Positions 51,251 through 64,000 of a stretch of 64,000 bases of DNA are shown one piece after another. The translations under genes were made by a program, and so were the position numbers. The stretch comes from Leptogorgia sarmentosa (taxonomy: Eukaryota), in NCBI GenBank assembly GCA_964658305.1, contig OZ210884.1, positions 6,324,001-6,388,000 of the forward strand. Reading direction: 5' to 3'. The notes below the pieces were generated by a model. That model searched no databases, was not told where the DNA came from, and was given only the letters and a program-made list of their open reading frames with translations. Each line of letters starts with the position of its first letter. Positions within the stretch are counted from its first letter, which is position 1.

Positions 51251-54200
51251 ATGTGGAAACTTGACGTTAGCTTCTTGTTGGTGATTTTGATTAAGATCAT
51301 ACAAATTTCACAAGGTGAGGTTGCAATAACTTATACGTAGAAATCTTTAGATCTTTAGGAATTTCATGGGCTTACGCTACATTGTAGTAAGACTGCATTT
51401 GTTTTCTGACTGGTTCTGTCTGTAATTGTGATGGTCAGATATGTTACATAGTATTTTGCAAACATTGATAGCATTTATACAGTTGCCATACTGTTTAACT
51501 TGGAAAATTTTGAAAACAGGATTGAATTGTGGTGTTCATTAGTGCTATATAGATTAAGGGATTTATTGGGTGGTTGAAGTGACATAAATAATTTAGCTAT
51601 AATGCTGTGGAATGTGGGATACACGTTGGTTTCTGGGGGATGTTTATTTTAACTTTACGCGCATAAAAGACGAGTTCTCACAGACAGCACTCAGCGTGTT
51701 AAAATTGTCACTCATTCTTATTGCTGTGTGACAGTAGAACTTCGTCAACTCAAACAGTCAATAAAGAGAAATTCGAGCTATCGGGAGATCGAGTTAACGG
51801 TTAACCCGCAGTAAATGACTGGGTAATTTGGCAGGGAAACTAAATTAGGTTTGAGTCGGCGAGATGTTCAAGTTATCCAAACTCGAGTTGAAGATATTTA
51901 ATATACTGTAATAGTCCTAAAATATTCCTGAAATATACCACAACGCGCAAAAAACTGTGCACATGCTATAGCATGCAGTGGGAACTAACCTCAGGAACAT
52001 TCTTTGAATTTAGCCAGATACTACCTATATAAATTTGATTCAGTGCAATCTCGCTATATGAAAGCATACCTTCAGATTTCTCACTTCACTGAGACATCCA
52101 GAATTTACATGCTGTTATAGCTGAATGCTGTTCCTATAGTAGCTTCATTGATTAGCTGTTGTCATTATTACTTTAAAACGAATGAATTTTTTCCACTGTC
52201 ATTTTGCCCCTAAATAAATTTGTTGTATAACATGCAGATCGGAACGTCCGAATCGGAAGACAAACGGCAATTACACACAATGAGGTTTCGAGTCAATAAT
52301 TTTCACTCATAAACGGAAGAGGCATCTTATAGTATTAGTACAACAGGAAAGAATCGACATGCACTTGGGCCCAATATGGATCCTAAATTGCTCCCGACAA
52401 AAGTATCGAATACAAGATGTTACGACACAATTTCGAAGCACATGAACAAAAGAAAATCGATGAGAGATTTAATTAAACCTTCTTCTAGAAAATAATAGAA
52501 TCTATAAGACTATAACTCCGAACACATATGTAGTAGACATTTTTAAAATTGTTTAATAATTGCTAGATTGATCATCTGCAGGAATAAGGTTGTCCTTTGC
52601 GGCAAAACCTTATACATCAGTGAATCAGTTAAGAAAAATCATATATATACAGTCTATTTCATAGACACGTGGTAAACTATATCCCAGTACAAATTTTACA
52701 ATTCACACATACATATGTAGCTACTACAGTAGGTGCAATATTTAACACGGTACTGTGAGCTTTATTACACTACTAGTTCTCCCATAAGCTTTGCTCGCTT
52801 ATAATTCAAAGTTTATAGTTAAGAATGCAAAGGACAACCTCTTTTAATATATAGTGCATCGAAAACTCTTCAGCCATATTTGGTGAACTAGAACACTGAA
52901 GTATAATATATACTTATATCTAATATCTGTACAAAACAAACCATGTGATTCGAGTTTGTATGTAATTAGCTAAGCATGAGCTCGAAGCATGTCACTGAAC
53001 GGCATGTATTTTTTACAGCATTTTCTGGCAACTTGCAACGCAATTCTGCGTTCAAGACATGTAAATCATAAAAGACCATTTGATTTGTAAACAATTCATT
53101 AAGAAAATCTAATGAAGACTCGTACTTGCCAAGGACCGGTTCTATACCTGAAATAATCAGGTATAAATCCAACGCAGACATGTTGGCAAGTGTACACAAA
53201 TCGCACTAAATCTAATTTACACCTTTTGCAACAACAGCGAAAATGTTGCTTCCTGAATGCCAGGGCTATGAAATGTTTTGAGTATTGCTACAGTAATACA
53301 GGTTCCAAAGTACTAATTTATACATATCTTGATATATTTTCTTCGCAATATTGAATCAGTAGACAATTACACCCAAAGAGCGAACTAACAAACTCACACA
53401 TAACTATTTTAAATCTTTATCATCTCCGCCGTAAATTTTTTGGAACAGAAATAAGTTTATAATGAAATTTATAGTCATAGAAATATATGTTTTTAGATAA
53501 ATCATTGACAAGAAAATTCTCAATTAATTTAAAATTGGGGAATATCAAGAAATTTGCGATTGATTGAGTTTAGTTAGCTATATTTCTTTACATATGATGG
53601 TCACATTCAAGCGACTGATATCGTTGAAAATCTGTTCAATTTAAATCTTTGACAAGAAAATCTTATCTAAGGCTAATTTGATATTGAGGAACTTGGAAGA
53701 ATTTGCTGTAATTGGATTCTGGTTTTAAAATTGAATTTTTCTAGATTTTTCTTTACGTGAATGGTCGCACTTATCTGCAACTATAAGCCTATTTAAAATC
53801 ACTCAAAAGTTCCTCAAAACTTAGTTACTAATGGCGATTATCATTCATCGCCAACGGTACACCAATATAAGCCGCGAAATTTGTTAAATTGGCTAATTAT
53901 GATAAATTTAGAAACGGAAATAGAATATAGATACTGAAGGTTCGTGAGAGCTAAGGCAAATTATTAATAACTTTATCTTATGATGTGAAAATACATTCAT
54001 TGCCGCACTTCGAGTGAAAATAATAATTTTTTTGTGACACCAAAATAACTTAATATTGGTTGTTGCACGTATATTAAATGCTTAAATGGGATGATTAAAT
54101 GCAAGAACTGAAAGTTAAGTTTCCAATTCTTGGGTTTCATGTGATGTCATATCTTTGAATAGCGTCCAACACCAGGTACTCAATACATAGTCGTGAGATA

Positions 54201-57200
54201 ATGATTGAGTTAAATGTTCACTGTATGTGTTTGCCTTGTGTATGCTAGCGAAACGAAGGGCCGTAGCTAGAGTGCTTGCTCGGGGGAGAGGGATTGTATA
54301 TTCATATATTAGTGCATGAGTTTCAAAAGAAATTTGGCAGAACAGGAATAATACAGAATTAAGACTCTATATCTACGGACCTGAAACTATGCGCAATTTC
54401 GATTCATTCAGACTCTCGTATAATTGATATATTTGATGTTCTCCCCATGCAATTCGATATGAGAAATGCTCAGTGAAACACGAGAAAAATATTAATGGAA
54501 TACATTCAACCCAACATTGTCTTAAACCCAATCTTAATTGTTATAGTATTTATAGAATTTCGCTTCAAAAATAGAACGACCACATTTACATTTGAATGTG
54601 CTTCCCTGTTGATTTTATAGTGAAACTGGGTTCGACCCCACTTAGGCAGATTTCTATTGTAAGGGAGGAATTCAATCTATTTAACAATTAGATTACGAGC
54701 TCGAGATTTCTATGAGGTGATAGTTGATGAGGGCAGAATCAGGGATCAAACATGAAAATATTGCAAAAAATAATTTAAAAACGCGTCTCAGAAGACATTT
54801 CTTTAACGAAAATTCACATATTTCGCTATACTCGCTATCTATCGAGGAATAGATAGCGAGTAGAGTAGCCAATCAAATTGCAGCATTTGCAATAGTATAC
54901 GAGTATGATTCTACTAATCTCCATTATCCTATGAGGGGGTGAGGCTATGCCTTTATTGAGGGTATGGCCGCATAATGAGACATTTAAAATTTCTCATGTG
55001 TGGAAGAATGTTCCTATTTCGATCGTTTACTCAACTCCATCGTTCATCTGGAGTGAGAATTTCAGTCACTTAAAGTCCATTAAAAATGGGATGTCAAAGA
55101 TGGCGGAAATCGAAGGACCTATAAGACTTCAATCTCAGTTCTCTGCGTGGTCCTAAGGTTATCGCCAGCTATCATGACCGGGCAGAAGACTGAGAGCTCT
55201 CTATAACTCCTTAATTTCTACGTGTAACATACATATAATATTGATACTAAACAAAAAAACAATTTTGAAAAATATTGTCGGATTTAGTACTGATCAATAT
55301 GTATACCAATTATTTCATGCGCAAAGTGAGTGTTAAGAGCTATACAATTTGTTGGTAGTTCCTGTTATAGTGATGCCTTTGTTCCACCCGGACACGATGA
55401 TGGCCATTAACACGAAGCACTGCTTGAAGTGTTGATTGGATTCATTAAACTTAAACTTGTTTTAGAAATTGTATTTCTCGTTAATTGGTTCCACTTAGCA
55501 AACGCGTTTTTATAAGATTTACTTCGCTCTTTTGAAAAGCTTTTAGAAAGACGCGAACTAATACACGAGAAATGAGACGTACACGTATCGAAGTATGGAG
55601 AAGGGTGTATGTAGATTAGGCTAACCTTTCTTCAAAGAAAAGATGAGCAGTTGACATTTCAAATTTTCTCTGTCCTGCTGTTGTTCTTGTTAGGATGTGT
55701 AAAGGAAATTTTGAGTATAACTCATTTGAAATTTTTGTTACATTTCTAATGATATTTGTACTGGCTAATAATAATAATTTATATACTATCTTAATAGCCT
55801 TATGCATGTCTTCTGAAGGTCACTCCTATTGTGAATATTTCCATTTTGTTTATTTCTCTTATGTAAAGTAATTGAGACGAAAAAAAAAACACTATTGTTA
55901 TTTTAGAAAAATAATACGCGAAATTCGATTTCTTCGACTAGGAGCATTGCAAGTTCGCCATGCATCGGGCATCCAGATTATATCATTAGATCATCGTTAT
56001 GTTTCCCTTATCGGCTTAACTCCGGAAACCACTCATCCACATCCAAGTTGATATTAAATTAAGAAAACAAGATAAATTTATTATGACTAAAGATTTCACG
56101 ATCCCAGCTGTGAAAATTAAATTATGGCACGTGTACATTATTGGCCAAAGATACTTTGGGTACGCATTGATTTATTCATTTTGAAATTATTCTTCGTTTG
56201 CACTGGATGTCACAACCTAGCTTCCAATGGAGCCATCGTGGTTGACACTTCATGACTTCGAAGTTTATTACAGCGAGTAAACTCAACCATTTCACCATTT
56301 CTTTGTAAATTCTGAAACTGACAACTATGCCTAAAGTATTATTACATTTAAAAATTCTAAAATTCTGTTGTGCAAGAATTTTTTCGCGCGAATAAGCAAA
56401 AAGTGAATGTGATTGGGTGGTGATGTCGTCAGTGTTTGTCGCCAGCCAATCAAGTTGCTTTTTTCTCTGTTCGCGCGATTCACGAGGTGATCGTTTATTC
56501 AGACTTCGCCCTTATCAGCCATCACCCCATAGAAATCTCGAGCTCGTATAATCCAATTGATATGACTAGATAACATCTGGCAATAAGTGCTCTTGGAAAG
56601 TCGCTATGTTTTGATCTTAATTATCCTGTCACCATTTTGAAAGGGGTCTCGTCAATTTGCATGCATTAATGTAGTTTATAATTATAGTATTTCAGTATAA
56701 AACCCTTGACAAATGACAAACTGTCATTTCAAATACTTTCCAGAAGAATAAAGGAACAAATTATCAGACTAGGCAACAAGCACAATATTTTTAAAGTACA
56801 AAATAAAAATGAATTTAAATTTTACTTTATAGGCGAGAATGTCACATGTGCAGATAATAAATTTACTTGCAAAAATGGTGAATGTATTTTAGCAAAATGG
56901 GAATGTGACGCCGAGGCAGATTGTCTGGACTCGTCAGATGAAGAGAAATGTGGTATGATGAGTAGTTTTGTTACAGATTATGATTAGCCATTTCTTAATC
57001 GAGACCGCAAAGCAAGTATGGATTATTTGGAGGTACTGCGTCGTTGACAGCGCCAGTCATGAGTAGAACCAATCGTGTGACAACTTTACACTGAAATAAA
57101 TACTTTTGAGGTATTGTGTTCGAGATAATGAGGCAAAATTTATATTTTCTTTCTTCATCTTCAAAGTTGCTTTCCGGTTTGTGTTGTTTCTCCAAATAAT

Positions 57201-60200
57201 CCATAGATGCTTTGCGGCTTTAAATTGGGAAATGGCCAATTAATCGAACATTGTTGATTCCTGGTAAATAGTTTTTTATATAATATATTAAATGTTTAAA
57301 AAAAGAAACAGATCCAATTTGCGCCAATTTTCGGAAAGATGCAGTCATTTTCACTGAAGACCAAATGAAAGAAATGTGTGACGAAAAAAAGTCTTGATAG
57401 TTTCAAGAAAGTGGAATGAGAATGGAAACGATAATGGAAAACCGTCCTCCAGTGCATGGCGTAGCATGATGAATAGCTTGGGGAAGAGTATATTCATATA
57501 TTCGTGAAATCGATGGTACAAATATCTGAACATGCATCCTCTCCAATTATCGATCTTGCTACGCCATCGTCACACCTATATTTACTGTCACGTGCTACAA
57601 TATTATTCTAATTGCGCTTTCCTAGAAAGTTATCCTTCATGTACTTCAAATGAGTTTCAATGCAACACTTCAAAGAAATGCGTTGATGACACGTGGAGAT
57701 GCGACGGCGATAATGATTGTGGAGACAGAAGTGATGAAATTGGTTGTTGTAAGTATTATTCACAGTTGAAGTTCAACTTAAGAAATAGAAAACATTTTCC
57801 GTGTTTCTATTTAACAATTAGATTACGAGCTCGAGATTTCTATGAGGTGATAGTTGATGAGGGCGAAGCTCGAATCAACTATCATCTCGTAGAAATCGAG
57901 AGCGAGTAATCTAAATGTTTTAGTAGAATCAAAGATCAAACATGAAAATATTGCAAAAAATAATTTAAAAACGCGTCTCAGAAGACATTTTCTTTAACGA
58001 AAATTCACATATTTCGCTACTCGCTATCTATCGAGGAATAGATAGCGAGTAGAGTAGCCAATCAAATTGCAGCATTTGCAATAGTATACGAGTATGATTC
58101 TACTAAAGTAGAATCATACTCGTATACTATTGCAAATGCTGCAATTTGATTGGCTACTCTACTCGATATCTATTTAACAATTAGATTACGAGCTCGAGAT
58201 TTCTATGAGGTGATAGTTGATGAGGGCGAAGCCCGAATCAACTATCATCTCGTAGAAATCGAGAGCGAAGATCCAAAATTATTTTTTTTCCAAAATTATT
58301 TTTTGGAATATTTTCATGTTTGATCTCTGATTCTACTAAAACAATTAGATTACTCGCTCTCGATTTCTACGAGATGATAGTTGATTCGGGCTTCGCCCTC
58401 ATCAACTATCACCTCATAGAAATCTCGAGCTCGTAATCTAATTGTTAAATAGAAACACGCGTGGAAGTTTGGGTTAGGGCTAAGGTTAGGGTTTGGTCCT
58501 ACTCACTACCGAAACGATTCAGTAAGGTTCGAGGTTTTGATCAAAAGTTTACTTGCTTGAATGGTCGAATCGTTTAGGTAGAACTTTCACTGTATGCATT
58601 TCAGATATTGTGATCCGCTGCCTACTTTGACCACATATATTGAAGTTTTTGATTATTGCTTTGCAGACTTTACTCGATGTATGGAAGGAAAATTCCACTG
58701 TAAAAATGGATATTGTATTACACAGAGTCACGTGTGTGATGGAGAAGATGACTGCCATGATTTTTCAGACGAAAGTTCTTGTCGTAAGTTTAGACGTGTA
58801 GCTTGAGATCAGTTCTCAAGAGATTATAGATGTAAAAGTCGACATTATCAACTTTAATATAATATATGCCGTAATACATTAAGTATGCTTTTTTCGTTGA
58901 TTTCAGCCATGATAGTTCGTTGCAAGAAAGACGAGTTTCTGTGCGATTTAACTGAATGCTATTCAAATACTTGGCGATGTGATGACGACCCTGATTGTCT
59001 GGATGGAACGGATGAGATGAATTGTAGTACGTAAAATTTATAACGATCGTATATCCCTCTTTCTGCGTGATGTGACCATGATTAAAGAGTATGAAACTAG
59101 TTGTGGAAGAGAAATCCATACAATCTTCAATCACTTACGTATGTCCTTTATTCTTCTTTTTGAATCTAATCAGATTTTCCCATTCCATGTGATTAGGCCT
59201 TAAAATCCATTTTTAAAGTTCCCTGAAGTTGCAAGTCCGCCCTTGTATAGGCAAACGAGAGAACATTATTATCAAGCTTGGAGTGGGGTGAACTCTTGCC
59301 AAGAGGGTATTTTTACCACATATTTATGTGTGGCCTTTTAGAATGCAGTGAGTTTATTCATATTATCGTTAAACTTTATGAAATCTCCAGCAAAACCAGC
59401 ATGTCTTCCTGAAAAATGGCAATGTGGCAACGGTGATTGTATTCCAAAAGCACATAGATGTGATGGAGAGCATGATTGTACTGACTGGTCGGACGAGATC
59501 CAGTGCCGTAAGTAATTGAGTTAACTTTTGAGCTTCTCATTTGCACTTGTGAATGGGCCGAGTCCTACAACATTTCCACCAATTTAATAAGCTAGGTACA
59601 GCAGGGGGTGGGGGGGGGGAAATCAACGAGTGAGTTCACAAGACAAGAACCTTTAAAACTTTACACGCTTCATTACTGTGTTGAACAAATATTCAAACAA
59701 CCTCAAATTAACGACCAACAAATGTGTAAAACATGGCCTAAAACTTACGTTCTTCCCAACAGCAAATGCTACTATGGTTTGTGACGAGGAAACTCAATTC
59801 CAGTGCACGTCGGGAAATTGTATTAAATCAGAGTGGGTGTGTGATGGTGATATGGACTGCATCGATAGGTCCGATGAAAGTAATTGTAGTAAGTAGTGAT
59901 AATACCTACAGACCACTTGTAGTTACGTCATATATCCCGTGGCAACCGGGCTAAAGTAGGTTTTAAGGACGATTCAAAATTTAAACTCGTAGTTCAATTT
60001 AGTTTAATGCTGTTAATGTCGGGGTTACGGCTAGGCTGAGTTTGTGGTAAGGTTTGTAGCAAGGGTAAGGTTGTTTTAAGAATCTAGCTTGACATACAGC
60101 CGCCGTATTAACAACGTATCTCAAACGTAAAACGTTCCTCTTGAAGTCTTGTGCTCAAAAGTTCAAAACGTCACTCCAAACATATTAGTTTTTTGTTCAT

Positions 60201-63200
60201 TATTCAAAAACTTTAATTATTTGAATTTTTTCCAGCTAATGGTCAATCTGGATGTGATTCTGGAGATCATTTGGGAAATAATTGCACTACTGCAGGTTTG
60301 TTCATTCACCACATCAGATGTGTAATCGATAAGATTTGACTGGTTGAGTTGATTGGGCAGTTGCCCCCTTGCCTCCCCGCCCCATACGCCTATGACTGCA
60401 GGGGTTCGCTGTTCAGAGGAGTTTACATATATCAAATCAAAACCTTTATTTTCAAAAACTCCATTTCATTGAAATACGATTTCCGAAGAAAAGTGTCCAA
60501 GCCAGGTGAACGTGCAGACAGACAGCTTTGCTTAACGGCACTTTTCTTAACAAACGTTTCCCTGCATGGATGAAGGTGAAATTTTTTGTGCCAAAGATTG
60601 TTTGTTTTGTCGCAGGATATTATTTGAAATCGTATCCTTACTAATTTTTCAATAGTTGCGGATAATTCTAGTGCCTGCCTAAGAACGCAATATCATTGCT
60701 GGAGTGATGAATGCATCGAAATTGATAAAGTTTGTGATCAAAAGGTTGATTGTCGAGATGGATCGGACGAGTCTAGATGTCGTAAGTAATTTCCTGTAGA
60801 GACATGAACAGATCCATGTATAGCTTGTAATTTCCGGTTTCCAAACAATACCTCAGTTTTCCTGTTTACACATTTTAGTAGTAACTAATAATGAAGGATT
60901 ATTTAGGTTATTAATTGGCTGCGACCAGTGCAAAAGTAGTGAAAACTACAGAGTTGTCTTCAAGAAGTATTTTGTTATAGTAAATATAATGCATGTATAA
61001 TCCCTCTCGACAGAAAACGCTTGTTTCTTGCCATTAGCCTCGGCTGCCTGTAGCCAATTATTACTATAACCTCATTTACATTGTTCTCCTTCTACAGTAG
61101 GGAGAGAAAAATGATACGTTTTTGCACACGTTCTAAATAAATGCCTATATATCTCATTTCTTCGTTTGCACTTTATCAAAACACTCTCTATACTCCTTGC
61201 TGATGATTTCCCTTTTGTTTCTCAGCTCCACGAGAGAACCAAACCTCATGCAGTACAAACCGTGGAGGTTGTCAGCATTTGTGTCATGATCATGGCGGAT
61301 CTTACGAATGCTCTTGTTACAAAGGTTTTGAAATGGACGTAAATGATCGTGAAAAGAAACGATGTAAAGGTAAAAGCACTTCAAGTAACCGAAAAAAAGA
61401 GAACAATCTATACTGAGCCATATATCAATTATAGCGATATGAACACAATTATATAGTAATTAATGAAAACAATTTTAGGCTTTCATTGCAAACTTTAAGC
61501 ATTTTATTTTCTGAAAGATTTATCAAATTCAGGCAAACAGAATCAGTTTCGTTTGCTCGTTCGTGGAAACTTGGCCATTATCTAGAGCAGAAGAATACAA
61601 TGATCTGATTTTGAGTACCTTTTTATGTTATCTAGATATCGATGAATGTAAAATCTCTGGATTTTGTAGTCAAAAGTGTGTCAACGGCCACGGTAAAGTT
61701 GATATCAGTATGGAAAAATATCGTAGTTTCCCTGAAGCCCGTTTACATATCAGTATGGAAAAATATCATAGTTTTCCTGAAGCCCATTTACGCTTTTAAT
61801 TTTTACTGCGATGTGCGATTTTCTCCTTCTGAAAGATGTGAACTCGAGTGGATTAATAAGTAGTGTTCTGAGTGCATGCGTTTCTTCCTGACCTGAACAT
61901 ATTTTGTAACTCGTTCACATTCATCGGAAGAAAGAAATAACGCTAGAAATCGCAGTGAAAGTCGCAACTAGTCTAAAAGAGCTTTAAAGATACAGTTAGA
62001 AACCAAAGCTTGCAAAAAGGATTTTTTTCATTTCTTTTCAAACATTTCTGCAATTCGGATCATAAAATAATCGTATAATTATCGTTTACAGGAAATTACA
62101 ATTGCTCGTGTGACATGGGATATGTACTCCAGTCAGATGGACGTAAATGCAAGGCTTTAGGTACCTCATATAACAACTGTCTTTGGTCGTACAAATTTAA
62201 ATAATTATCATTATTCATTTCTTCATTATTCATTTCTTCACCGAATTATTGTTTTCACGGTCTCTAAAGGCCGGTTGTACAGCTTTTCCTTACAACTGTC
62301 GCATGCAATTATCTCTTAGGGTTGTCGTAAGAATTTAAAGCATGCTTTCAAAAGGCTACAACTTTCCTTCGTGTTATGTCAAACTGTCGTAGCGAGTTAC
62401 AGCGTTAAATTACGTTGTGCAATTCGAGTTGTAAGCGCATTGCATGCGCGACAGTTGTAAGCAGAAGTTGTACTGAGAGTGTAAACCAACCTGAACAGAT
62501 ATTTACAGGACCAAATTGTTTGACTCGTTTTGCCACTATACTAATTTAGGTTATCTAGATCGAGCTATGAACAACCAGTTTAACAATCAGAAAAGATTAG
62601 CTTCATCCTCATATTTTCAAATTTTTAAGGGCCCAGACCACTCCTTTTGTTGAGTAACCAAGCTGGTGTAAAAATAGCTGCACTAGATAATCCTAGCAAA
62701 ATACACGTCTCATTGGACGGCTTAAACAATGCGGTAGCGGTGGATTACTGGTTGGAAGGAAAATTGTTGTTTTGGACGGATACTGTACTACGAACGATTA
62801 AGTCAGCAAGGTTTAACGGTACACAGATAAAGGATGTGGTTAAATTTGGATTGGAAAGACCATGTGAGTGATATAACTTTTCATAATTAGCTATAATTAT
62901 ACCATTTCAACCCTGGCGTCGTGTTTCAACACAATTTATCGTTCTTCCAATCTCTACTCTATAGTTGACGATTCTTTCACAACTTAGGTTGGATTTCCAC
63001 TATGTGTATAATTTACACTTGATCGTCGCCATTAACGAATTAAATACCATCCTTAATACCATCTAATTTCTCTATATAGATATTTAGTCAATGAATTACC
63101 TTCTGCACACTAAGATACTGTCAGTTCAGAGCCACTTAATCAATTAAATACCATCCTTACAACCATCTGCTTGCTGTTTATAGACATTTAGTCAATGAAT

Positions 63201-63710
63201 TACCATCCGCACACTAAGATACTTGGTGTTTATAGCCATTTAATCAACGAAATACGATCCATAATACAACCTGCTTGTTGTTTACTAAAACAGATGAACC
63301 CATCGGGATGGAATAATTATATCTTTATCTCGAGCAGGGGCGTAGGAACCAAGGGGGTGGGGCAAGGGGGCCATGGCAGCCAAGCAACCCCAAATTTTAG
63401 AAGTCATTCAAAAAGTGCCCTGTTCCTTTAAGCTAAGGTATAAAGTATTCTAATCTTTTGTATGTACATGTCAAAATCAAATGCCCTTTTCATGAGATGC
63501 CCCCCTTAACTTGAATGTGCTTCTACACCCGTTTTAATTTTTTTTCTTTTCAGGTGGTCTAGCTGTTGATTGGCTCGGTAGGAAGATTTTTTGGGCAGAT
63601 TCCGAAAGTCGTCGGATTGAAGTATCCAATTTCGACGGATCGGGAAGAAAAGCGGTATTTTGGCGACCGCTTGGAAGGCTAAGAGCTATTGCGTTACACC
63701 CAACCAAAGG
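51251..63710 (+). CDS. LRP4: LDL-receptor-related protein, LRP4-like, 5' part (continues beyond the window)
   Basis: Probable signal exon 51251-51314. LDLa exons 56833-56952, 57626-57748, 58667-58783, 58907-59026, 59391-59507, 59763-59888, 60656-60781; possible micro-exon 60236-60295. EGF exons 61226-61369, 61636-61692, 62092-62160. YWTD exons 62630-62863, 63554-63710. The stretch [53 protein letters not shown] parallels LRP4. Confidence 0.82.
54678..54916 (+). mobile_element. Hairpin-headed repeat, internally deleted copy
   Basis: Same head and tail as 40466-40765 but lacking the second hairpin arm (GATGAGGGC|AGAATC). Confidence 0.8.
57808..58451. mobile_element. Foldback multimer of the hairpin-headed repeat
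   Basis: Forward copy 57808-58105, inverted tail 58107-58173, forward head 58171-58268, inverted head ~58294-58451. Confidence 0.85.
62268..62492. mobile_element. Degenerate MITE
   Basis: Inverted blocks CTTACAACTGTCGCATGCAAT / ATTGCATGCGCGACAGTTGTAAG. Confidence 0.55.
63039..63285 (+). repeat. ~104-bp degenerate tandem repeat, ~2.4 units
   Basis: AATTAAATACCATCCTTA..ATTTAGTCAATGAATTACC..GCACACTAAGATACT recurs at ~63039 and ~63143. Confidence 0.75.
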
Positions 63711-64000
63711 GTAAGTATTTAATCAAGAAAATGATCTTTGTTCAAAAGGAGTAAAATGGCGTCAAATATGTACAAATCGGTCCATCACAATGTCATTAAT
63801 CGCAATTATATTCACATGCAAATTGTACAAAATATTGCAAGGTCCCCTTAATTATAAAAAGGGGCTTAAAAAAGACCCTGACAACATTACACTGTGTGCA
63901 AGCTGGCAAGTTTGATATCGTTTCACCATAATGGATGGCACAAAATACACAGAAAGCAGCTAGACACATAATACTGTATACGTAACTATAATTGTAACCA

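Noticed and set aside
61702..61791. Extension of the EGF exon (ISMEKY repeats)
   Set aside because: A 45-bp tandem duplication in the intron after the donor at 61693; the EGF domain is completed by exon 62092-62160.

Overview
AT-rich, intron-rich animal genomic DNA; the gene set and repeat types suggest an invertebrate, probably a cnidarian (inference). Six protein-coding models can be spliced by hand with consistent GT-AG phases: a TRPA-like ankyrin channel (- strand, 3' end outside the window), an ethanolamine kinase, two MFSD8-like transporters, a DEDDh (PML/Exuperantia-like) exonuclease, and a secreted PAN/apple + C-type lectin protein. The 5' part of an LRP4-like receptor also lies here and runs off the right edge. 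The two transporters form a convergent ~3.8 kb inverted duplication that encloses the exonuclease. The last two exons of the lectin gene are repeated in a near-identical ~5.07 kb tandem duplication. There is also a FoxA pseudogene with a partial second copy. Introns and intergenic DNA hold many non-autonomous DNA elements (hAT, Tc1/pogo, PIF/Harbinger, P-like, Sola-like, Academ-like). The most unusual signals are a TSD-less hairpin-headed repeat family with co-varying asymmetric inverted repeats that builds foldback multimers, an 874-bp near-perfect palindromic insertion, and a TA-CAG-TA transposon excision footprint revealed by the inverted duplication. No rRNA, intact tRNA or CRISPR array was found. 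Exon coordinates were read by eye and may be off by a few bases.
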